A stretch of DNA of 64,000 nucleotides, taken from NCBI GenBank assembly GCA_003597995.1, contig QZJY01000070.1:2081-66080 (forward strand), given 5' to 3'. Of this stretch, positions 52,969 to 61,450 are shown in pieces (the first letter of the stretch is position 1; every line of letters begins with the position of its first letter). The position numbers were made by a program, and so were the translations under genes. Under the pieces are notes generated by a model. It saw nothing but the letters and a program-made list of their open reading frames with translations. It did not search any database and was not told the DNA's origin. The stretch is from Dehalococcoidia bacterium. Lineage in GTDB: Bacteria > Chloroflexota > Dehalococcoidia > Dehalococcoidales > UBA1222.

Positions 52969-53694
52969 ATGGCAGTCAAACAGCGCGAATCTGAAACGGT
53001 GGGTGTCCTGATGATTGATTTCAATCCGGTTGTTCGGGAGGGTCTGCAGTCTATTTTGGCTAAAGATGAGCGTATTGAAGTGACTGGAGACGTTCCTGAT
53101 GGGCCTGAAGCTCTTCTGCATATTAAACGAGCATGTGAGCGGGGACGGCCTGTGCATGTAGTGTTGACCGAGACCCGCAACGATCACCTGGATGGGGTGC
53201 AAGCTACCAGGCTTATCAAGGACGCATTCCCGGAGGTAGCTGTCCTGGTGCTGACGGAGAACCTTAACGATTCTTATGTAATTGACGCCATTCATGCGGG
53301 CGCGGGAGGATACATCTTCCTCAAGGACACGGTACCGGAAGCATTGCTGCAGAGCATCCATCGCGTTGTCGAGGGCAGCACGCAGATAAAGACGGCATTG
53401 CTGTACACTGCCGTGGAGAATTTGATTCAAAATGGCCGCAGGACGCTGGCCGAGCGTACCACTGAGGCGGCTCACCTTACCGCGAGAGAAGTCGACGTGC
53501 TGAGGCTGATGGGAAATGGAGACTCGAACAAGATAATCGCCGCAAGCCTTGGTATCACCATGGACACTGCCAAAAAACACGTCAGAAATGTTATCGACAA
53601 GTTGCAGGCACGCAGCCGCACCCATGCCGCTATTATCGCCGCCCAGGCAGGCATCGTGGGCAATCCCGTGGCTAACGACATTCATCAAGCCTAG
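52969..53694 (+). CDS. NarL/FixJ-family response regulator with atypical receiver (Glu at the phospho-acceptor position)
   Basis: C-terminal LuxR HTH (LTAREVDVLRLMGNGDSNKIIAASLGIT..TAKKHVRNV). The receiver reads MIDF (not DD) and VVLTETRNDHLDG where LLDL..P..G is expected. The Thr and Lys positions (LVLTEN, FLKD) are kept. Confidence 0.75.
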   Translation: MAVKQRESETVGVLMIDFNPVVREGLQSILAKDERIEVTGDVPDGPEALLHIKRACERGRPVHVVLTETRNDHLDGVQATRLIKDAFPEVAVLVLTENLNDSYVIDAIHAGAGGYIFLKDTVPEALLQSIHRVVEGSTQIKTALLYTAVENLIQNGRRTLAERTTEAAHLTAREVDVLRLMGNGDSNKIIAASLGITMDTAKKHVRNVIDKLQARSRTHAAIIAAQAGIVGNPVANDIHQA

Positions 53695-53788
53695 TTTTGG
53701 CGGTTAATGCAGTAGTTGTCAGAACCAGTACAGAACAAAACGCGTGTATATAAAGCATTTGACATCTGCATTTACCTTTAAAAACAAG

Positions 53789-53816
53789 AAATGGTGAGTC
53801 GGGCTACTCACCATTT
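53789..53816 (-). terminator. Terminator hairpin (11-bp stem) with a U-tract on the minus strand, downstream of bioY
   Basis: AAATGGTGAGT-CGGGCT-ACTCACCATTT. The minus strand continues CTTGTTTTTAAA. Confidence 0.6.
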
Positions 53817-53960
53817 CCGCGTATATCCGACCCTCCGTGCTGAAACGCTCCCCGGCGTTATATCACGCGCCAGGAGGGCGGCAATACTGCCCACACTGCT
53901 GGCGACAGGAGCAGAAGGCCAACAAGGTGTAGTCGGGGCCGCCTTACATCGAGCGGCTTC

Positions 53961-54602
53961 TCAGGGCAACCGCTCCTTCTCTGTAAATGACTCTTTCGGA
54001 GTGAGTATTCTGGCCGCCGCAGCCGCCAGTCCCGCTTTCAATATGTCTCCGGCGATGAAAGGCACTGCGCCAAGGCTGATAACGGATATTATACCGGCCG
54101 TGCTGCCCTTTACCATGTGCAGCCAGAAACCCAGCCACAGAAGTCCCGGGATATAAACCAGCACCAGGCTGGCAAAAAGCATCAGGCCGAACATGGCACT
54201 GAAGCTGCGGAATTTCGGGTATTTATCCGTGTAATAACCCAGGAAAAGCGCCGCCAGCACAAATCCGATAAGATAACCGCCCGTGGCGGAGAGCCCGCTA
54301 GTCCCGCCGTTGAACCAGGGTAAACCGGCAATCCCCAGGATGGCATATATGGCCAGGCTCACGCCACCCCACTTCCTGCCAAGCACAACTCCGGCCAGCA
54401 ATACGGCAAAAGTCTGGCCTGTAAGCGGCACGGGTGTAAAGGGGAGGGCGATGCGCACCTGGGCCAGCAGCCCGGTCAGTCCGGCCATCAGCAAAGCCAG
54501 CGTTATCTTCCAGGGAAGGCTGGCCTGATAGCGCCAGCGGAAGGCGCCCAGACGCGCCAGCCTTAAGGTCTCCAGGGTATGCGTTGCGGTGTTAGTTGCC
54601 AT
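53961..54602 (-). CDS. bioY: Biotin transporter BioY
   Basis: PFTPVPLTGQTFAVLLAG motif, multi-TM, directly downstream of birA. Confidence 0.85.
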   Translation of the reverse strand: MATNTATHTLETLRLARLGAFRWRYQASLPWKITLALLMAGLTGLLAQVRIALPFTPVPLTGQTFAVLLAGVVLGRKWGGVSLAIYAILGIAGLPWFNGGTSGLSATGGYLIGFVLAALFLGYYTDKYPKFRSFSAMFGLMLFASLVLVYIPGLLWLGFWLHMVKGSTAGIISVISLGAVPFIAGDILKAGLAAAAARILTPKESFTEKERLP

Positions 54603-54637
54603 AATAAATTCCTTTCCCTGTTTAGTTTTGACTTAAA

Positions 54638-55624
54638 TCAAGTTGTAAGGTTTCTTAAAGACACGTCGCCGGCGACAATACGCTCTGTGTGGCCTGCGTC
54701 TGTTTTCAGCAGCAGGAAACCGTCTTGGTCGATGTCCAGCGCTTCTCCCGTCAGGCGTTCCCCGCTATCCGTGATTTCCACCAGAGAGCCGATGGTACTG
54801 CTGAGGCTTTTCCATTCCTGCCGGATACTTTCAAAGCCACCCGCCAGATAGCGGTGATAAACAGCCTCAAGCTCGGTCAAGAAACGCTGCACCAGGGCGA
54901 CACGTGATATCTTGTGTCCGCACTCGGCGCAAAGCGAAGTGGCGACGGCGCGGACAGGCTCCGACCAATCCGATTCACGCGTGTTCACATTAATGCCGAT
55001 ACCCAGGATGACGTGGTTGATGCGGTCTAACTCGCAGCTCATCTCGGTGAGAATGCCGGCTACTTTTTTGCCGCCAATGAGGATGTCGTTAGGCCACTTG
55101 ATGTCCGGCTTAAGACCGCTTTCGGCTCTGATAGCTCTGGCGGCGGCTACGCCGGCAATCAGGGGAATCTGCACAATCTGAGAGGGCTTCAACCCCGGTT
55201 TCAAAATGACGGAAAGGTAAACCCCGGCGCCCGGTGTAGAAATCCAGCTCCGGCCTTTCCTGCCCCGGCCCTGAGTCTGGTTTTCGGTGATGACCACCAG
55301 CCCCTCGGGTTCTCCTCCGCGGGCCAGTTCGGCGGCCAGGTCCTGAGTCGAGGCGCATTCGTCGCGGTAGACGATGCGTTTTCCGAAGCTCTGCGCGGCC
55401 AGACCGCGGCGGATTTCTTCGGGCAGCAACAGGTCGGGAGAGGAAACCAGCGAGTAGCCTTTGCGGGGCGAGGAGTCGATAACGTACCCCTGGCGGCGCA
55501 GCTCGTGGACGCACTTCCATATAGCAGCGCGCGACACACCGAGTTTCTTCCCCAGCGCCTCGCCCGAAAGCGGCTTTCCCCCCTGCCTGAAGGCTGCCAG
55601 AACGGCCTGTTTCACTGGCTGCAC
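54638..55624 (-). CDS. birA: Bifunctional biotin--[acetyl-CoA-carboxylase] ligase and transcriptional repressor BirA
   Basis: N-terminal wHTH (LSGEALGKKLGVSRAAIWKCVHELR), GRGRKGRSW biotin-binding loop, 328 aa. Confidence 0.9.
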   Translation of the reverse strand: MQPVKQAVLAAFRQGGKPLSGEALGKKLGVSRAAIWKCVHELRRQGYVIDSSPRKGYSLVSSPDLLLPEEIRRGLAAQSFGKRIVYRDECASTQDLAAELARGGEPEGLVVITENQTQGRGRKGRSWISTPGAGVYLSVILKPGLKPSQIVQIPLIAGVAAARAIRAESGLKPDIKWPNDILIGGKKVAGILTEMSCELDRINHVILGIGINVNTRESDWSEPVRAVATSLCAECGHKISRVALVQRFLTELEAVYHRYLAGGFESIRQEWKSLSSTIGSLVEITDSGERLTGEALDIDQDGFLLLKTDAGHTERIVAGDVSLRNLTT

Positions 55625-55648
55625 ATTATATCAGGCTGCATACGTCTA

Positions 55649-55679
55649 TGTAAACCTGTTTGTCAGCCGGCGGTTGACA
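55649..55679. promoter_or_regulatory. BirA operator: TGTAAACC-15 nt-GGTTGACA
   Basis: Inverted repeat with 7/8 complementarity, 25 nt upstream of the birA start. Confidence 0.65.
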
Positions 55680-55849
55680 CAGGCAAATGGGGCGGTTGAT
55701 TTTCGCCGGCGGCATGTTTTTCAGCCAGCCGTTGTGCTATGATTATTGCGGCGGACACACGTCACCGTCCGCAATATCCACATCTATGTTTGTCCTTCTG
55801 CGACTCCTTGTGTTACTATATTCAGGTTTTTGTAAAGGAGTAGTCGAAT

Positions 55850-57391
55850 ATGACTATTGACGATAAACTCAGCCGCATGGAGGCGCTGCGCAAGGGCACC
55901 AGTATCGCCGAACGCATCGCCGCCCAGCACGCACGCGGCAAGCTCACCGCTCGCGAGAGAATAGAGCTGCTGCTCGACCCCGGCACCTTTCACGAGATGG
56001 GCGGTTTCGTGACCCACCGCGCCACCGATTTCGGCATGTCCGACCAGAAGGAATACTCCGACGCCGTCGTTACCGGCAGCGGCGAGATAGACGGACGCCC
56101 CGTTTTCGTGTTCTCACAGGATTTCACCTTTATCGGCGGGACTATTTCTGAAGTAGTGGGCCAAAAAGTTGGGCAGGTGATGGACCGAGCGCTGGAGCGC
56201 GGTATGCCCGTCATCGGCATTTACGACTCAGGTGGCGCGCGTATCCAGGAGGGCGTGGCCAGCCTGGCGGGTGTGGGCGAGATGCTGCTACGCAACGCTC
56301 GCTGTTCGGGCGCCATCCCTCAGATTGCGGTGGTGGTCGGTCCCAGCGCCGGCGGAGCCGTTTATTCCCCCGCCCTGTGCGACTTCGTCTTCACCGTGAA
56401 GGGCATCACCCAGATGTACATCACCGGCCCGGACGTGGTGCGCTCGGTGACCAATGAGGTAGTGAGCCACCAGGAGTTGGGCGGGGCCGAGGTGCACAAC
56501 CAGAAGAGCGGCGTGGCGCACTTCCTTTATGATAACGAGCAGGAGTGTTTTAAACAGGTCAGGAGGTTATTGAGCTTCCTGCCGCAGAACTGCAATGCAA
56601 AGACGCCAGTTGTCAAGACGGACGACAGCCCGCAGCGCACCGACGAAGCTCTTTTCACGCTGGTGCCGGACGACCCGCGCCTGCCCTACGACATGAAGAA
56701 AGTCATAAACACCATCGTGGACAATAGCGATTTCATGGAGGTGCAATCCCGCTTCGCCCCCAACATCATCTGCGGGCTGGCCAGGCTGGCGGGCAACTCC
56801 GTCGGCGTGGTGGCGCAGCAGCCATCGGTGCTGGCGGGGACCATCGATATCAATGCCTCCGTGAAAGCAGCGCGTTTCGTGCGCTTCTGCGACGCCTTCA
56901 ACATACCGCTGGTGAGCCTGGTGGACGTGCCCGGCTTCATGCCCGGCACCGAGCAGGAGCATGGCGGCATCATCCGCCACGGAGCAAAGCTGATTTATGC
57001 CTACGCTGAGGCCACCGTGCCAAAGCTGACCGTCATCACGCGCAAGGCTTACGGCGGGGCGTATATCGTCATGAGCTCGCATCACTTGAAGGGCGACATC
57101 AATTACGCCTGGCCGGGCGCCGAGATAGCCGTAATGGGAGCGGAGGCGGCGGTTAACATCATCTTCCGCAAGGTGATTGCCGACTCTCCAAATAAAGAAG
57201 AAACGCGCAAGAAGCTGGTGGAGGAATACCGCGCGCGCTTCGACAATCCGCTTCAGGCGGCGGGGCTGGGTTACATAGACGATATTATAGACCCGCGCCG
57301 CACGCGCCCCATGCTGATTCAGGCGCTGGAAATGCTGCGCGACAAGTGCCAGAAGCTGCCGCAGAAGAAGCACGGGAATATACCGCTGTAA
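55850..57391 (+). CDS. Acyl-CoA carboxylase carboxyltransferase subunit (propionyl-CoA carboxylase beta / methylmalonyl-CoA carboxyltransferase 12S type)
   Basis: GKLTARERIELLLDPGTF, GGARIQEG and RKAYGGAYIVM motifs. 513 aa. Confidence 0.88.
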   Translation: MTIDDKLSRMEALRKGTSIAERIAAQHARGKLTARERIELLLDPGTFHEMGGFVTHRATDFGMSDQKEYSDAVVTGSGEIDGRPVFVFSQDFTFIGGTISEVVGQKVGQVMDRALERGMPVIGIYDSGGARIQEGVASLAGVGEMLLRNARCSGAIPQIAVVVGPSAGGAVYSPALCDFVFTVKGITQMYITGPDVVRSVTNEVVSHQELGGAEVHNQKSGVAHFLYDNEQECFKQVRRLLSFLPQNCNAKTPVVKTDDSPQRTDEALFTLVPDDPRLPYDMKKVINTIVDNSDFMEVQSRFAPNIICGLARLAGNSVGVVAQQPSVLAGTIDINASVKAARFVRFCDAFNIPLVSLVDVPGFMPGTEQEHGGIIRHGAKLIYAYAEATVPKLTVITRKAYGGAYIVMSSHHLKGDINYAWPGAEIAVMGAEAAVNIIFRKVIADSPNKEETRKKLVEEYRARFDNPLQAAGLGYIDDIIDPRRTRPMLIQALEMLRDKCQKLPQKKHGNIPL

Positions 57392-57395
57392 TCTT

Positions 57396-57431
57396 TCCTC
57401 TCCCCACTGTTGGTGAGGTCAGGTGAGGGGG
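57396..57431. repeat. REP family C copy
   Basis: TCCTCTCCCCACTGTTGGTGAGGTCAGGTGAGGGGG. Confidence 0.7.
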
Positions 57432-57520
57432 CAAAATCTCCTAACCAGTCTCTCCCATTAACAAGAGGAGATTACAAGGGATTTGAGAGGTTTGATTCAT
57501 GAAGAATCCCTCTGCATCTC

Positions 57521-57546
57521 TCCTTCGGCAGGCTCAGGACAGGCTC
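57521..57546. repeat. REP family D copy
   Basis: TCCTTCGGCAGGCTCAGGACAGGCTC. Compare 10807-10832. Confidence 0.7.
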
Positions 57547-57709
57547 TTTTCCAAAGGGAGAACCCACCCCATCCCGCCTTAGAAACAGACTGACGACGCG
57601 GCAAATTCGTTCCTCCCTCTTTTCGGATAAAACCAAAGTAAGGTTATCACTCGCAACTCTCACCCTCGCTGTTATCTCTCCCGTCGAGGGAGAGATGTTG
57701 TAATCCGTT

Positions 57710-57748
57710 TCCTCTCCCCTTGCGGGAGAGGATAAAGGTGAGGGGTGG
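57710..57748. repeat. REP family C copy
   Basis: TCCTCTCCCCTTGCGGGAGAGGATAAAGGTGAGGGGTGG. A smaller palindrome of the same type lies at 57674-57696. Confidence 0.75.
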
Positions 57749-57951
57749 ACTCTCCATAAATGCCCTAGCATCGACTCTACAATCTAGCGAAATTGCGACC
57801 ACATTTTTATATCTTGAAGACATGTTGAAGCGCTCATACGCGCTGTGCCGCTGCCCGATTTCTTCAACCTATTGACAACCTCTATCACTGGTGATATATT
57901 GGTATGACAAAATGTTCGGAAAAGCGCACCAGGTTAGGTAATTAAGCAGAA

Positions 57952-58073
57952 GGTAGGCCCTGCCGGGGGAAACCAGGGTGATGGGTGTTTTTCTTCCGCC
58001 CGTCTTAAATGGATAACCTCCCCCTCCCGTGTGCGGAGCCCTGGGTGTAATCGGGCGAGCGGCAGGGGCTACC
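57952..58073 (+). ncRNA. Structured leader upstream of modA; candidate molybdenum/tungsten-cofactor (Moco-type) riboswitch
   Basis: 13/14-bp closing helix GGTAGGCCCTGCCG...CGGCAGGGGCTACC encloses ~95 nt with internal pairings (CCAGGG/CCCTGG, GGGGA/TCCCC) and an AACCUCC tract. A 12-bp hairpin follows at 58102-58130. I could not match the motif from memory with certainty. Confidence 0.35.
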
Positions 58074-58172
58074 AACCAGATAGTAACTCGGTAGGTGTTA
58101 CGATGAAAGCCGCAGGCAGCGGCTTTCATCATGTAAAGAGGATAGATAAACAATGTTTATAGCGAGAATAAA

Positions 58173-58976
58173 TTGAACAGAATCGGTAAATTTCTCACCC
58201 TGTCTCTGGCTTTGCTGCTATTACTGGGCTCTCTCATCGGATGCGGCACGGCGGTTCCCACCACGGTCACCACCGCCCCGGTTACTTTGAACGTCTCCGC
58301 TGCCGCAAGCCTGACGAACGCTTTAAAGGAAATCAACGCCCTTTACACCCAGTTGAAACCCTGGGTAACCATCACGCCGAATTATGCCAGTTCCGGCACG
58401 CTTCAGACGCAGATAGAAAACGGTGCTCCCTGCGACGTGTTTCTTTCGGCGGCCGCGACACAGATGGATAACCTCCAGAATGAAAATCTGCTGCTCGCAG
58501 GCTCGCGCAAAAACCTTTTGAACAACAAAATCGTCCTGATAGTGCCCAAAAGCAGCACGCTCGGCATCACTGGTTTTTCCGACCTCACCCTCCCCAAGGT
58601 GAAGCTCATCGCCATCGGCGACCCTAAATCGGTCCCAGCAGGCACCTACGCCCAGCAGGCTTTTACTGAGCTCGGCATGCTGGCAGCCATACAGTCCAAG
58701 TTCGTGCTGGGAGCCACCGTGCCCCAGGTCCTGCAATATGTTGATGGGGGTAACGTCGACGCGGGCGTTGTCTTTGCCACTGATGCCCTGTCTGATAGCA
58801 ATGTCACCGTCGTCGCTACCGGCCCCGCCGATGTAAATGCCGGCATCGTTTATCCCGTGGCCATCATCAAGGCCAGCAAAAATGCCGACGCCGCCCAGGA
58901 CTATGTCAACTTTCTTAGCAGCGCTCAGGCCAAAGCCGTTTTTGAAAAATTTGGTTTCACTTTAGCAGCAAAATAG
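58173..58976 (+). CDS. modA: Molybdate ABC transporter substrate-binding lipoprotein ModA
   Basis: Lipobox LIGC. AAASLTNAL and YASSG motifs of ModA. TTG start. Confidence 0.85.
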   Translation: MNRIGKFLTLSLALLLLLGSLIGCGTAVPTTVTTAPVTLNVSAAASLTNALKEINALYTQLKPWVTITPNYASSGTLQTQIENGAPCDVFLSAAATQMDNLQNENLLLAGSRKNLLNNKIVLIVPKSSTLGITGFSDLTLPKVKLIAIGDPKSVPAGTYAQQAFTELGMLAAIQSKFVLGATVPQVLQYVDGGNVDAGVVFATDALSDSNVTVVATGPADVNAGIVYPVAIIKASKNADAAQDYVNFLSSAQAKAVFEKFGFTLAAK

Positions 58977-59040
58977 ATAAAATGCGCATACTAAAAAGTT
59001 TTGCCCGCGCAGCTCAGGTTAAATGGGAGATACTGCATAA

Positions 59041-59529
59041 GTGTATGAAGTAACTTGCCGTCAAATAGGTGTTATTTCCACCCCTTTTAAGCGGCATGAG
59101 GACACGCCGATACAGAGCTGTTTTGCCCCGGAAAGCCGCGGGCATATTGAACTGTTTCCTGAATATGCCGAAGGGCTCAAGGACATTGAAGGCTTTTCTC
59201 ACTTGATTCTCATATATTGTTTTCACCAAGCTCAGGATTATGAATTGCTTACCAAGCCGTTCCTCGATGCGGGCAAGAAAGGCGTATTTGCCACGCGTTA
59301 TTTCAAGCGGCCTAATTTCATAGGTCTTTCAGTAGTCAGGCTTATAGCTGTACGTGATAACTTGCTGGACATCGCCGAAGTGGACATGCTTGACGGTACG
59401 CCACTACTTGATATTAAACCATACGTGCACAGGTTCGATGTGCGCAAAGATACCAAGGACGGCTGGTTTAAAACAGCCAGCGAATGGTCGCGGTATGATA
59501 AACCCGAAGCACGCGGCACGCAATCATGA
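59041..59529 (+). CDS. TsaA/YaeB (TrmO)-family protein located inside the mod operon
   Basis: IGVISTPF....DTPIQ, GFSHLILIY.FH and DGTPLLDIKPY motifs. GTG start. Confidence 0.75.
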   Translation: MYEVTCRQIGVISTPFKRHEDTPIQSCFAPESRGHIELFPEYAEGLKDIEGFSHLILIYCFHQAQDYELLTKPFLDAGKKGVFATRYFKRPNFIGLSVVRLIAVRDNLLDIAEVDMLDGTPLLDIKPYVHRFDVRKDTKDGWFKTASEWSRYDKPEARGTQS

Positions 59530-59557
59530 ATAGTCTCTCTCTCCAAAACAGGTTAGA

Positions 59558-60244
59558 ATGACGCAGGACTATTTATCGCCGCTGTGGATCTCGCTGCGGA
59601 CCGTTCTCACGGCTACCGTCATCACCTTTTTCCTGGGCATCGCCGCGGCGCGCTGGATGGCGCGTTATTCGGGCAGGCTTAAAAGCGTGGTGGACGGGCT
59701 TTTCATACTGCCGATGGTGCTGCCGCCTACGGTGGTGGGGTTCGGGCTGCTGCTGCTTTTCGGCAGCCACGGCCCTATCGGCAAGCTGCTTCTCAACATC
59801 GGTACGACAGTGGTATTCTCCTGGTGGGCCACCGTCATAGCCGCCGTGGTGATGGCCTTCCCTCTGATGTACATGACCGCCCGGGGTGCTTTCGAGCAGG
59901 TGGAGCCCAATATTCAGGATGCCGCCCGCACACTGGGCGCCAGCGAATGGCGCGTCTTCTGGACGGTGACGCTGCCGCTGGCCTGGCCGGGGGTGGCCGC
60001 CGGGACAGTGCTGGCGCTGGCGCGCACACTGGGCGAGTTCGGCGCCACGCTCATGCTGGCCGGCAATATCCCCGGCAAGACGGCCACCATACCGGTTGCC
60101 ATCTATTTCGCTATCCAGTCGGGAGACACCCGACAGGCGCTCATACTGGTCGCCATCGTGCTGCTGATTTCATTCGCCGCGCTGGCGGCCATCGCCTACT
60201 GGAAGGGGCGCACCCCGAAGACCAGAGGCTTCCTCATAAACTGA
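59558..60244 (+). CDS. modB: Molybdate ABC transporter permease ModB
   Basis: EAA-type loop (DAARTLGASEWRVFWTVTLPLA) in mod context. Confidence 0.85.
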   Translation: MTQDYLSPLWISLRTVLTATVITFFLGIAAARWMARYSGRLKSVVDGLFILPMVLPPTVVGFGLLLLFGSHGPIGKLLLNIGTTVVFSWWATVIAAVVMAFPLMYMTARGAFEQVEPNIQDAARTLGASEWRVFWTVTLPLAWPGVAAGTVLALARTLGEFGATLMLAGNIPGKTATIPVAIYFAIQSGDTRQALILVAIVLLISFAALAAIAYWKGRTPKTRGFLIN

Positions 60245-60266
60245 GTATTAGAACCAGGAATAACTT

Positions 60267-61346
60267 ATGCTCAAAGCCAGAATAAAAAGGGCGCTGCCGG
60301 GATTCGAACTCGATGTTGATTTCTGCCTCAACCGCGAGCTGTTGGCCGTGCTGGGCCCTTCCGGTTCAGGCAAGACCATGACTCTACAGTGCATCGCCGG
60401 GCTGACCAGGCCGGACGAAGGCCGTATCGAGCTTAATGGCAAGGTGCTTTTCGATTCCGCGGAGGGCATAAATCTAGCGCCGCAGAAGCGCAGAGTGGGT
60501 TTTGTTTTCCAGAATTATGCCCTTTTCCCGCATATGACGGTCAGCGAGAACGTGGCCTACAGTATACGCCACCTGCCCGCCTCCGAGATAAGCGAAAAGG
60601 TGGGGCGGCTCCTTAATATCATGAACGTTAGCCCGCTGGCGGGACGCTACCCCAGGCAGCTTTCCGCCGGGCAGCAGCAGCGCGTGGCCATTGCCCGCGC
60701 GCTGGCCCCCGACCCCGAGGTCCTGTTACTGGACGAGCCATTTTCGGCGCTGGACTCGCAGCTTAAGGAACGGCTGGAACTGGAACTGCTGGCGCTGCAG
60801 CGCGAATACCGCGGCAGCATGCTGCTGGTGACCCATGACCTGGCTGAGGGTTACAAACTAGGCTCGCAAATTGCCATATACCAGGCCGGACGCATCGCCC
60901 AGTGCGACACCAAGCAGAAGGTGTTCGCTCAGCCGGTCAATCGCACGGTAGCCCGCCTGACGGGCGTGAGAAACCTGATGGATGGGGCGGTCGCCCGCAT
61001 CGAGCCGCCCTACTTATGGGTGCACGTCACCGCATGGAACACCGGGCTCAAGGCACTGGCGGGCGAGGACTCTCATCTAACGCTCGGACAGAAGGTCGCG
61101 GTGGGCATCAGGCCGGAGTACGTCGATTTGAGACGGAGCGATGGGGAAAACGTTTTCTCCAGCCGCATACTGCAGGTCGTGGAGGGCATATCCAGCGTTA
61201 CCTACCGTCTTCACGTGGACTCCGACCAGCAGGCCAAACACTACATCAACGCCGCTATCTCGAAATCGAGCGCCATCTGCGTAGAGGACGGCCAGACGTG
61301 CCTGCTGTACCTGCCGCCGGAGCACCTCATCGTCATACCGGAATAA
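60267..61346 (+). CDS. modC: Molybdate ABC transporter ATP-binding protein ModC
   Basis: Walker A GPSGSGKT, LSAGQQQR, LLLDEP and a C-terminal TOBE-like domain. Confidence 0.82.
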   Translation: MLKARIKRALPGFELDVDFCLNRELLAVLGPSGSGKTMTLQCIAGLTRPDEGRIELNGKVLFDSAEGINLAPQKRRVGFVFQNYALFPHMTVSENVAYSIRHLPASEISEKVGRLLNIMNVSPLAGRYPRQLSAGQQQRVAIARALAPDPEVLLLDEPFSALDSQLKERLELELLALQREYRGSMLLVTHDLAEGYKLGSQIAIYQAGRIAQCDTKQKVFAQPVNRTVARLTGVRNLMDGAVARIEPPYLWVHVTAWNTGLKALAGEDSHLTLGQKVAVGIRPEYVDLRRSDGENVFSSRILQVVEGISSVTYRLHVDSDQQAKHYINAAISKSSAICVEDGQTCLLYLPPEHLIVIPE

Positions 61347-61450
61347 AAACCGGATTTCTATAAAATCGTTTGAATCAATACTCTGTTGTCTCTCGGGACG
61401 ATTGGGCTTAAAATAGTCCGTAAGTCACAAGTAGAGGATAGGAGAACGAT

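Noticed and set aside
60290-60312. GGGATTCGAACTCG looks like a tRNA T-arm.
   Set aside because: It lies in-frame inside modC (..LPGFELDV..) and has no surrounding cloverleaf.
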